Shown here one piece after another: positions 9,096-18,809 of a stretch of DNA of 23,414 bases; within the stretch, counting starts at the first letter, position 1; the number at the start of each line of letters is the position of its first letter. The translations under genes were made by a program, and so were the position numbers. The DNA lies in NCBI GenBank assembly GCA_013265495.1, contig MU058045.1:505241-528654 (forward strand), given 5' to 3'. The stretch comes from Vicugna vicugna (Eukaryota). The notes under the pieces were generated by a model, which was not told the origin of the DNA, did no database searches, and saw only the letters and a list, made by a program, of their open reading frames with translations.

Positions 9096-9419
9096 ACTCG
9101 GTCGGGATGGAGCCCATAGACCCGGGCGCGGGGTCGGACGCTTGGGTTCCCGCGGCCTTTTCAGTGTCATGCGGGAGGCTACTCATTGTTTCCAGCCCCA
9201 GCCTTGCAGCCTGTCCTCAGACCAGGCCCCTAGTCACCATCCAGCCTGCCGGGTTTAGCGGCTTTCCCTTGCCCCCCAGCCTTCCTGCCCCGGGTGCCCG
9301 CCGGGGAGACGCAGGCCGAGAGGGCCAGGGAGCTGCCGAGCAGGGCTTTACTGCGCCTGTGCGGAGGAGGTTGGCTACACGGGCTCGCGCCGCAGCCAGT
9401 CGCCCCCTCCCTGCCCGGG

Positions 9420-9433
9420 GTTGCCACGGCGAC
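9420..9433. promoter_or_regulatory. RFX X-box in DNAH2 promoter
   Basis: GTTGCCACGGCGAC, followed by half-site GGCAAC 9448-9453; X-boxes are typical of ciliary gene promoters. Confidence 0.65.
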
Positions 9434-11039
9434 GCGTGCAGGCGCGGGGCAACTCTTTTAGCTGGAGTGGCCAGTCGGTCCGCCTGGGGAGGAGAGGGTC
9501 GGAGTCGTGAGGTGTGTGTCGGGGGCAGAGGGGAGGGACGGGTACCAGAGAGAGTGGGAAGCTGCGGGGAGGAGGGACAGTGGTGAGGGGTTAGGAGGGA
9601 GAGTTGTTGAGGGGGGAAGAAGGGGCAGTTGTAGGGGAGAGGAAGGGGCAGTTGGTGGGGGAGGGGAGAAGACAGGGCAGTTGGGGTTGAGATAAAGAAG
9701 CGGGGACAGTTGTGACAGTTGTGTGAGGCAGCAACTGTGAGGGGAAATTTGTCCGCTGGTAGTCACTGGTGGTTGAGGGCCGTCCCCTACGATATTTCCT
9801 GAGTAACAGAATGAGGCCCCCCTCCTTCCCCGCTAGTAGAAAGTTCCTCTTGGGGCCTCGGTGTGGTGAACCCCATGGGGAGGGGGCTTCCAACCTTGCC
9901 AGTGGAATGTTTCTGAGGCTCCAACTGGAGGCCGGGAAGCACAGCTGGACGCTTCTCTGGAGACGGGTGGAGGAAGCCGCGCTGCTGGAGTTGGCTTTAT
10001 TGATGTGTTGGCCTCATAGAACATTTTCCCTTGGAACAAAGTACAAATCCTTCAAGTCTGAAACTCATAATGTATGATCAATGCCTGTGACAGCCTGGGG
10101 GATGAGGAAGAAAAGCCACAGGTGGCTGTCAGACTAGATCTGAGTGAAGAGGGAATGCCCTGCGAATCAGACATTGCCCTGAGCGCCCTCCGGCCCACCA
10201 GAGATGCCCAGATTCCCGCCATCCTGCTTTTCTGAGAGAGAAATGACTGGGGCCTTCCTCATCCCCCCTTTCCTCCTCCCCAGACACAATTCAAAGTTCA
10301 TTGTTGAGTGACTTTTTCCTTCCTTCTTCCAATCTGGTTAGCCAACCTATGCTAAGAAACCTTTGCAGTACACAAAAAACAGGGTTCCTACCTCGCAGGA
10401 ATTAAATGCTAAAGAGACACATTGCAAATATCATTTTTCCCCTATGTTTAAGAAGGTTGCAGATTTTAGTGTGGGTAGGAGCTGCATTTTTCTATTTTCC
10501 CCCTTCCAGGGGGTAACCTGGGAGGAAAGGAGGTTCACAGGGAGATCATCTTGGTTGCTTCAGAGACCTGACAGTGACAAAGGGTGTGGAACCTGGGGAC
10601 AGTCTTCCCTTCCCTGGGCCCTCACTTACACATGGCCCTGAGGTATAGAGGGTTGAGGGTGTGTGCAACCACACCTCAGCGTAGTAGATCTTTTCCTGAC
10701 TGTTCTGGGTAGAGATAGTGGTTCCTAAATCCTCATTAGTGACGTGTTTGCTGGGCCCTCATCTTTAGCTTCTAATTATTCCTAATGCTTTGAGGGACTG
10801 ACTTTGATTTTTAACCCAGTACCCTAAAGAAAGTGGGATATCCCAAGGAAGGGACTGAGAACTGCAAGGCCTCTTGTGGTGAACAGAACAGGGTTCTGGT
10901 ACCCCCAGGTAAGATTATGATACTGGGGGGGCCTCAATCAATTGGTGAATTCAGAAGGGGCTGCATGTATCGGGGCTGGGTTGGGGTTGGATCTGGTTGT
11001 GAACCCCCAGCTTCCCGTGTGTCTGCAGGTTTTGCCTAC

Positions 11040-11208
11040 ATGAAGTCAAGCAAAGCTGAGAAGAAGAAGAAAGTGGGTAGCCGGGGTGCCCGCCGGCGAA
11101 GACCCCAGGCCCCTCTGGCCACACAGGCAGCAGAGGTCACCCTGCCGGTCAGCAGTGAGTCCCAGGAGGAGCTGGAGCTGGAGCTGGAGTCTCTGAAGAA
11201 GGAACCTG
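11040..11208 (+). CDS. DNAH2: Dynein axonemal heavy chain 2, first coding exon (exon begins at 11029 with 11 nt of 5'UTR)
   Basis: gtctgcag acceptor (AG 11027-11028); ATG 11040; MKSSKAEKKKKVGSRGARRRRPQAPLATQAAEVTLPVSSESQEELELELESLKKEP resembles the DNAH2 N-terminus (human MSSKAEKK...PKEEP as I recall it); G|gtagat donor at 11209; phase 1. Confidence 0.85.
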
Positions 11209-12454
11209 GTAGATACATGCTGGGTAGGGGCTTGGAGGCAGGATGTTTGTATTTAAGGAGGGTGTTAGGGCTGGGGAGTGGGTTTTATTGCTCCTGGATA
11301 AGAAGCAAGGGGTTCAGTAGAACCTCAGGCCTGCCGCGAAGTCCCTTGTTTGTGTGTTTTCCTCCTGGCCAGCCTTACACTTGTTGTTTCTTTCTTAAAA
11401 TCCACAGCCCACACCCCTCCTCCGTGCTTCAAGAGCTCACCAGCCAATCCTCTATCGTAGCCTCTTCCTCCTATTTCAAGTGGTCCTGGTTGCTCCTACC
11501 CCAGTGAAGAGGGTTTGATCTCTTCCTTTTTCCCATTTTCACCCTGGGTGGCAAAACAAATAACGTTTTCCTTCCATGAAGCCCATCACCATGGAGACTC
11601 AGCCTGCTTTGCCATCCTTTGAATCCTAAGCCTGACTGATGCTTTCTCCCATCTGTTTAAGGCTCTTGTATCTCCGCCCTCATTTTGGCAGGGCCTTGGG
11701 AGACTAAGGAGGTTCAGGTTCAGGGCCACAGGAAAAGAAGCCCAATGTCTAGATGGAGGAAGAAAAGAATTTAAAGAGGCTGCCTCTTGTGGCTTGGGTC
11801 GGAGGGATTGGTGGGTGAGCTGGGGCCAGCAGGGTTGGAAGGTTTTCTGTAGCTGTTGCTGTCACTGGGCTGTCCCTGAGCGCACTGGCCAGTGTAGCTA
11901 TGACTGTGAGCTAAGTGTAGCCCTCCCCTTTTGCTTGGGGCTTCGTTACACTGCTAGAGGCCTGTAGAGATGGAGAGAAATAGAATCCCCTTTTAACAGT
12001 AAAACTTGAGAGATTAAGCGTGGGTCTGGAAGAAAGGTCCAGGGTACATAGGGCCTTGCCCTGGGATCTAGACATTAGAAGTGTGCAATTTTTTTTTTTT
12101 AATTCTGCGTTCTCTTGAAAGTAGTTTAAAATGGGACTGGCTCCTAGAAGCTGGGTACCAGGAGCTGGGGGAGGGAGGATAGAGGGCAGTGAGGTTCAGT
12201 CTGGAGACTCCTCCAGGGTGGAAAGGGCAGGGACTTCTAAACGAAAGCACTGACCACCAAACACCACGGATCTCTCAGTCCCTTTTGCTCTAAGCCTTTT
12301 TATTGTTTGATGTGGAGCTTTCTAGCTGACACCTGACAGAGGGTCAGAGAAGTCTTGGGCCTCCAAGGCAGCCCTGAGATGAACATTAATCCCTGTACTC
12401 TTTGGAGATGGGGAGGGATTAAGGCCTGTCCCACTGGAGATGAAGGGGGGGGGC

Positions 12455-12806
12455 TGCTATGGTCTGAATGTGTGTATCCCCTGCCAATTCATATGTTGAA
12501 ATCCTAATGCCCAGTGTGATGTTATCAGTAGGTGGGGCCTTTGGGAGGTGCTTAAATCATGAAGGTGGAACTGTCACAAATGGGATTAGTGCCTTGCAAA
12601 AGTGGCTCCAGAGAGATCCCTTGTCCCCTTCTGGCATGTGGGGACACGAACAGAAGTCTGAGACCCAGAAGAGGGCCCTCACCCTACCATGCTCACCCTG
12701 TGGTCTAGGACTTGCAGCCTCCAGAACTGTGAGAAATGAATTTCTGATGTTTATAAGCCACCCAGTCTGTGGTAGTTTGTTGGAGCAGCCTGAACCGACT
12801 AAAAGA
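12455..12806 (+). mobile_element. MaLR solo LTR, MLT1A-like
   Basis: Starts tgctatggtctgaatgtgtgt...attcatatgttgaaatcctaa; ends cagcctccagaactgtgagaaatgaatttctg...ataagccacccagtctgtggtagtttgtt...gactaa, the typical MLT1/MST LTR layout. Confidence 0.88.
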
Positions 12807-12924
12807 AAGCCTAAAACACTTCTTGGTGAAGGATGGTGGGTTAAAGGGCAAACGCCCTTTTGAGGTCCTTTTTGACGTACTTTGCTTCCTTAAGTGCTCC
12901 TCAGCTCCCACTAAGAAAAGAAGT

Positions 12925-13350
12925 ATAGATTCATAGTCCTGTATCTGTAAAAAGCCCTAAGAAGCAGGGAGTTTTTTCCCCAGAGTTTGGCATCCAAACT
13001 TATTTGGTGGTAAAACATAACCTAAACTGACATGAAGGTATTTATAGCCTATTTAAGCCACTTAGTATAAACTTTCATACGTTTTACTGCAGAAATACTA
13101 ACATTAGGAGCCGTCCAGGAGGCGGGTGGGGGTCTCACATACCATATTATATTACAATTCTAAATTTTTTTTTACTTATTTCTATGCGAATTAAAAAAAA
13201 ATTGAAGTACGGTCAGTTACAATGTGTCAATTTCTGGTGAACAGCACCATGTCCCCAGTCATGCATATACATACATATATTCGTTACAATTCTGAATTCT
13301 GAAATGTACTTGACCCTCCAGGGGTTTTAGATTAGGGGTTGTAGACCTGT
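12925..13350. mobile_element. Old DNA transposon remnant, TcMar-Tigger (MER46C-like), interrupted by an L1 fragment
   Basis: aaacttatttggtggtaaaacataacctaaactgacatga...ttactgcagaaatactaa and the terminal ttctgaattctgaaatgtac...gattaggggttgtagacctgt resemble this family from memory; imperfect inverted termini. Confidence 0.55.
13162..13283 (-). mobile_element. Short 5'-truncated young L1 3' end with target-site duplication
   Basis: T-rich tail, then attgaagtacggtcagttacaatgtgtcaatttctggtg...; flanked by TTACAATTCT at 13152-13161 and 13284-13293; homologous copy at ~16300-16364. Confidence 0.7.
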
Positions 13351-13354
13351 TTTT

Positions 13355-13630
13355 CAGGCAAATCAGAAAAAATAGAGAATAATATAATGAACACTCAGGT
13401 ACCCATCACCCAATGAGAGAACAAATCATGGTAGCAGCAAGTGAATCCCTCTGTTCCCCACCCCGCAAGCCCTTCTTCCTTCTCCAGAGGTCAACGCTAC
13501 CCTGAGTTGGTGTTTGTCATTCTCAAGCTTGTTTTTTTAAATTTTTACTGCATGTATCCATGCCCATCACATACTGGTAATCACATTGCATGGTTTCAAC
13601 TTTATATACATTGTATTATGAAAGATAAAA
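13355..13630 (-). mobile_element. Old L1M 3'UTR fragment
   Basis: gaataatataatgaacactcaggtacccatcacc...tctccagaggtcaacgctaccctgagttggtgtttgtcattc resembles antisense L1ME/MD-type 3'UTR. Confidence 0.55.
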
Positions 13631-14179
13631 CCAATGTACTCTTGTGAGTTTCTCATTCTCTTTCCCCTTGCCTTGTTCCTGCCTGGAACCTTGAATGCCC
13701 TTGGTTTTCTCAAAGGGCATTGGCTTTGTCCGTTCCCATACCACTCACCACTAAGCTCCCAGAGTCGGCTATTCCATCTTTCTCGTGATTTCCTTCCTTG
13801 GCCTCTGTGCCGTACTCCCCTCTTAGTTTTTCTTTCTGGAAGTCAGAGTGTCCTGTTCCCCAGCGTCTTTTGGTTCCATCTCATTAGTTTCTTCCTCCTT
13901 TCAGCCTGGGTAGGAGGTGGGAAACCTACCAGTTTTACTGCAGTCTCTTGTGTGAGCAACAGATCAGGAGGGAGAGAAACACCCTCCTGGGTTTTATGGG
14001 AGTCCAGAGCGGCTGTGGTGGTTGGAGAGGGGCCGATTTCTATGGGTCCCAGCTACTCCATGTGGGAAGAGGATGAGGGGAGAATGGAAAGCCAGGAACT
14101 GAATGACCAGAATAAACTTGGTGCAGACCGTCTTCATCCCCTGCCTCCCTCTGCACCCCCTACAGCCCTAGTCAGCTTT

Positions 14180-14800
14180 TCAAAAGAAAATTGTGATATA
14201 ATTCACTTACTATAAAACTCACCCTTTTAAAGTATGCAATTCGGGAATTTTTGCTATATTCACAAACCTGTGTAGCCATCACCACTATCTAATTTTAGAG
14301 CATTTTAAATGCCCCCACCCCTGCAAAAAAAAAAAAACCACTTCAAGTACCTTGAGAAATTGGCACCAGGTGGTTCCTATATCTTCTAAGTTACAATAGA
14401 GCCTAGTCTTTTAGTGTTCCCCTCCCCTCTCCCAGATCCTGGTAACCACTAATCTACTCTCAGTGTCTACGAATTTGCCTATTCTGGACATTTAATATAA
14501 ATGGAATTATGCGATGTGCAGTCTTTGATGACTGTCTTCTTTCACTTAGCCATGGTGTTTTCAAGGTTCATGCATGTCGTCTCGCTGTAGCAGACCTTCA
14601 CTCCTTTTTACGGCTGGATGACATTCCACTGCAGTTTGTTTACCCGTTCATCGCTGATGGACGCTGGGGCTGTCTCCGCCTTTTGGCTGTCGTGAAGAGC
14701 GCTGCTGAGAACATGGGCACACAAATGTCGGTCCCAGTCCCTGCTTCAGTTCTCTTGTGCATAAACCTAGAAGTGGAATTGCTGGGTCACCTGGTGGCTC
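14180..14800 (-). mobile_element. L1MB-like 3'UTR / ORF2-end fragment
   Basis: gatataattcacttactataaaactcacccttttaaagt...ggtaaccactaatctactct...ttgcctattctggacattt...tataaatggaatta...cctagaagtggaattgctgggtca are hallmark antisense L1MB segments. Confidence 0.85.
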
Positions 14801-14847
14801 TCGAACTTTTTAAAAGTTGTGCTTCCTTTTGGAATTCTCCTTCCCAG

Positions 14848-14909
14848 AGTCAGTATTGGAGGAACCCGAAGTACAGAAAGAAGAATTACCGGAGCCTGAG
14901 GTGGATGTG
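14848..14909 (+). CDS. DNAH2: DNAH2 second coding exon (62 nt)
   Basis: ttctccttcccag acceptor; (E)SVLEEPEVQKEELPEPEVDV; GTG|gtaagt donor at 14910; 169+62=231 nt restores phase 0 as the next exon requires. Confidence 0.87.
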
Positions 14910-15499
14910 GTAAGTGTGGGTTTCCCCTGAGACAAGAATTCTCCCCCAGCAACTGGTGGATCAGAGGATCAGCTGTGGAATGGTGTATGAGGAATTCTCG
15001 TGAATGGGTCACTTCCTTCTCTTTACCCTACTGGTGGCCTGCTCACCGCAAATCCAGCTCATCGAATAGAGGACAGAGCTGTCGGTGCCCCTTCCCCTCC
15101 AGAAGAAGAGGGCTTTCAGTGAGGAGGAGGGCCCTCAGCTGCCTCTTCCTGGTCTCCTCAACTTGGGTCAAACTGTGACAAGCTCTATCAGTTGACTGGG
15201 TGAACGAGCTGGGTAGACATGGTCCCCACTGGATACTGATTTTTGAGACATTATTTCTTTTTGTCTTTCACTTCCCTCTGGCTGAAGAATTTCCCAAAGC
15301 CACTAGAAGTGCTTTTAGAAATCATCACTCAGTGACCCCTACACCCTTGTTTCCAAGCTGCATTGGAGTCTAGACACACCCTCAGTTACCTAAGTAAGAA
15401 AAACAGTGCGGTGACTTTGAACTTTTTTATAAAGGGAGAGAAAAGGAATAACTACTCATTAAAGAAAAAAATCGGAGGGGACAAAAAAGTAAAACAACA

Positions 15500-16400
15500 A
15501 AAGGAAAAATAAAAGTCATAATATTACTGTCGAAACACATCCAATGTTGATAATTTGGGAGATGTCCTTTTTTTCTGTGTAGGCTTGCGAATTTTTTTGT
15601 TTTTAAATAATCTCACCTGCACCACATATTAGAATTTTTAAGTTTTTTCTCAAAACATTTTATCATTTTTGATGTTATTATTTACTTTCTGTAAGCACCA
15701 TTTTTTACTGTCCACTCAAATAGATATATGTACCTTACTTAAATCCTTACTCTTACACATTTTGCCATTTCTGATGGCAAATAATAATACTGTGATGAAT
15801 ATTATAAATAAACTAACACATTTTTAAATACTTGGTATTTGCTTAAGTTAGATTCCTGTGCATAAAGGTCCTGAATCAGAGTAAAGAATATTTGTAACAC
15901 CTTTAATATATAACACCAAACTGTTTTCCAAACAAATTGCATTTTTTGTCCTCACACTAGCAACAAACCCTTTCCAAGGGGCATGTTTGTTAGCAGTTTA
16001 GCAAGGATTTTTTAAAAAATGATAGGTAATAAATGATATATTGTTGCTATTTTTATTTGTATTTCTTTGATTTCAAGTGAAATTGAACATTTTTCATATT
16101 TTCATTTTCTTTTTATGACATGTCTGCTTATATCCTTTTGTCCATTTGTTTAACTGGATCTTAGTGTTTTTCTTACTGTTCTTTGTGTATGTCTTTTTTT
16201 TTTTTTGATGTTTTACTGATAATGTTTTTTCACGTATGTCTTTTTTTAACTTCATTGGAGTTTTTATTTAAATGATACTAACTTCAATTCAACCTTTAAA
16301 AAAATTGAAGTATAGTCAGTTTACAATGTGTCAGTTTCTGGTGTACGGCGTAATGTTTCAGTCATGTATGTCTTTATATATGAAAGACTTTAGATCACTG
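15500..16400 (-). mobile_element. Highly diverged old L1M fragment(s), boundaries approximate
   Basis: AT-rich; caccaaactgttttccaaac, tttatttgtatttctttgatttcaagtgaaattgaacatttttcatat, tgtctgcttatatcctttttgtccattt are antisense L1 ORF2-end/3'UTR motifs. Confidence 0.65.
16197..16364 (-). mobile_element. Short young L1 3' end inserted in older L1, with TSD
   Basis: Poly-T tail from 16194; aattgaagtatagtcagtttacaatgtgtcagtttctggtgtac...; TGTATGTCTTT repeated at 16186-16196 and 16365-16375. Confidence 0.7.
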
Positions 16401-17155
16401 GCTAAATTTTCTTGGCCTGGAAACTTGAAGTGAAAGGGATTCCTCCTCATATTCCAGGAGTACTGAGAGAAGGACAAGGTGACGTCTCAAGTTCACTGAG
16501 TTATATCTCTATATCGTCTAGTTTTCTTTCTAAATAGGGGTGTTCTAAATAACACTGTTTTGTGGCCACCAGTTACAATTTATTTTCCATCCAATCGATT
16601 TTTTCTTTGGTGTTTTCAAGTCTTTTCTTTTTCCCTCCCTTTTTCTTTTCTCTTTGCTGCTATGCTGCTATTGGGCAAGACTGACTCTTACCCAATATCA
16701 CGTACTTAATCCAGTGTCCTGCAGAGGCTGCATCACAAAGAAATGGCTCTTTTACCTTTATCCCTTTTCCAGCTTGTCATTCCCTTGCTCCGAATTGCTA
16801 GACTTAGGCTTATATCCTACATGTTCCCTTAATTTAGTTTTACTTTGATGTTGAGGGTTGCTGGATAATACATTTTTACAGCCACAGGCATAAATAAAAT
16901 ACCTTGGAAAGATAACATCCCTTAGTTGTCCTCTGTGATCCATTCCAGTTCTGCTCATAGAGGCAAGAGAATCCTATCGTCTTGTTTCTTCCAAAGCTTG
17001 AAACCTATCGTTCAGTTCGCTCTCAACTTTCTCTTCCCGGCTCTTAACCTGTCTGACTTCTGTCACCCCCCACGTCCTCACATGTGACAATGGATGGGAG
17101 AAACGACTCATCCTAACAGCCATCTCTGCTCTGGCCCTCTGCTCTCCTCCCCTAG

Positions 17156-17326
17156 AAGCCCCTTTTCCTGTCCCGGGCTGTGCTGACAGGACTGGCAGGT
17201 GCCATATGGACAGAGGAGCACAATGCCATTCTGGAACACTTTGCCCAGGACCCTTCAGAGCCCATCGTCACCATCTTCATCGACCCCTGTTTGGGGCTGA
17301 AGCTAGATCTGGGCATGCCCGTGCAG
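17156..17326 (+). CDS. DNAH2: DNAH2 third coding exon (171 nt); gene continues beyond the window
   Basis: ctctcctcccctag acceptor; KPLFLSRAVLTGLAGAIWTEEHNAILEHFAQDPSEPIVTIFIDPCLGLKLDLGMPVQ closely matches DNAH2; CAG|gtgcgt donor at 17327. Confidence 0.95.
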
Positions 17327-17429
17327 GTGCGTACTCTGCGGTCCCAGACTCCAAGGTGCTCTCCCGGGGGACTGAGGGTTCCAAGTTATCTCCAGCTCCG
17401 ACTGTGAGTCTTATCTCCTGTGTCCAAGG

Positions 17430-17940
17430 TCTGCGGAGCCTCGCAGTGTGTCAGGCACCCTGCTTGGCGGCAGGATGCAGAGAGGAGGAATGAGGCCGGG
17501 TTTTGTTTTTGATGATCTCATGGTCTAGTGGGGGAAGACAGACATATAAAAACTATTTACAATGTATTATGATCCATAGACAAAGCTTTATAGGGGCTTT
17601 ATGGGAGCAACTAGTGTAGCCAGCAGAATGCTGGCAAGGCCTGGTGATGGAGGTGATAGTTGAGTTGAGGATGAAGGGTAAGTAGGCTTTTGTCTAGGCT
17701 GAGTAAGAGCATTTGGGTAAAGAACACTTGATGTGCTGAGAAAAGAGGAGTGTGGCACACGATCCTGAAAAGGTAGGTTGGGGTCAGCTTGTGAAGGGTC
17801 TTGTATGTCATACTAAAGAACTTGGCCTTATCCCGGAGGGAACTCTCAAAGTCTTTCATGGATTACTTAGATAACTGTTTCAGTAATGTACAGGATACAT
17901 TAATGAAAGGTAAACCACGGGTAGGGAGACAGTTAAACGA
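17430..17940 (-). mobile_element. L2 LINE fragment
   Basis: gtgtgtcaggcaccctgct...gatctcatggtctagtgggggaagacagaca...gttgagttgaggatgaaggg...tactaaagaacttggccttatcc follow the antisense L2 layout. Confidence 0.7.
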
Positions 17941-17949
17941 CAGATGTAT

Positions 17950-18058
17950 AGTGAAATGTCAGTGGTAGAATATGGGCGGTGCGTGTACAGGTCATCGTTG
18001 GAAAATTCTTTTAGTGTTTCTGTATGTTTGGAATTTTTTGAAATAAAATTTTAGAAAA
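17950..18058 (+). mobile_element. Old L1M 3' terminus
   Basis: aaaattcttttagtgtttctgtatgtttggaattttttgaaataaaattttagaaaa is a typical L1MC/ME terminus. Confidence 0.6.
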
Positions 18059-18069
18059 GAAGAAGGCTA

Positions 18070-18760
18070 TTGCTTTGCTTTGCTTGGCAGCATATATACA
18101 GAAACGGAAGTGATGATGAAGATTTAGCATGGCACTGTGCGACCACACAGTCCGTGAAGCATTCCGTACTAAACAAAGCCCAAAGCAGGCCATGGTATTG
18201 TCCCTGCGTATTGACAATTATCAGCTATAAAACATCAGGAAAGACATATTTTGTTCACAAAAGGAACAGAAATTTAAAAAAATATTTAGGATTGATGTGA
18301 AGGAACACAACTTTGCTGCAGGCTATGAAAGAAGATTTAAATAAATGATGAGCCCTCTCCTGTTTCTGGGTGGGAATCTTGATATTATAAAGATCGTTCC
18401 ATCCAAAAAATGAACCATTTCAACGTGACTCCAATCAAAGGACCACAGTCCCTAGATCCCTAGTGTAAAGGATTTTAAAATATATCCAGAACAATGAAAT
18501 GGAAATAGCAAAGCAGATAATGAAGAAGGAAAGTAACGGAGGAGACTTGTGAATATGGAAGTCTTTTATTAAGTTACAGTAATTAAAACAGTTTTGCTGT
18601 GGCAGGAATGTATACTATGTAAACAACAGTAAATAAACACAGGAAGTACAGAAACATATGTAAGCATATTCTGTAAAAATGCATTTAAAATCTGTGGGGG
18701 AAGATGGATTATTCAATGAATAGAATTGGAAACATGGAAAACAGTTTTTCCATTAAGAAT
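18070..18760 (+). mobile_element. Degraded L1 ORF2 fragment
   Basis: tgaaagaagatttaaataaatg...ttgatattataaagat...ggaggagacttg...gttacagtaattaaaacagt...gatggattattcaatgaatag resemble L1 ORF2; many stops. Confidence 0.7.
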
Positions 18761-18809
18761 CTCATTCGCTGGGGCACGGGGGAAACGGGGAGATGCTGGT
18801 CATGGATAC

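Larger units (their letters stand above)
8650..9530 (+). promoter_or_regulatory. DNAH2: CpG island / probable DNAH2 promoter
   Basis: Marked rise in CpG density and GC content ~1.5-2.4 kb upstream of the DNAH2 ATG exon; contains X-box GTTGCCACGGCGAC (9420-9433) and CTCF-like GCGCCATCTGCTGG (9082-9095). Confidence 0.8.

Noticed and set aside
8546..9586. Several 100-170 aa Pro/Arg/Gly-rich ORFs over the CpG island
   Set aside because: Expected from stop-codon scarcity in GC-rich DNA; overlapping on both strands with no recognisable domain.
10833..11507. 224-aa ORF
   Set aside because: Only 11040-11208 is the DNAH2 exon; the flanks are intronic sequence beyond clear splice sites.
12255..12275. 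REST/RE1-like caccacgga
   Set aside because: Only the central part matches; both TCAG and CAGCGCC flanks are missing.
13634..14215. 193-aa hydrophobic ORF in DNAH2 intron
   Set aside because: Composition reflects T/C-rich intronic DNA; no splice or homology support.
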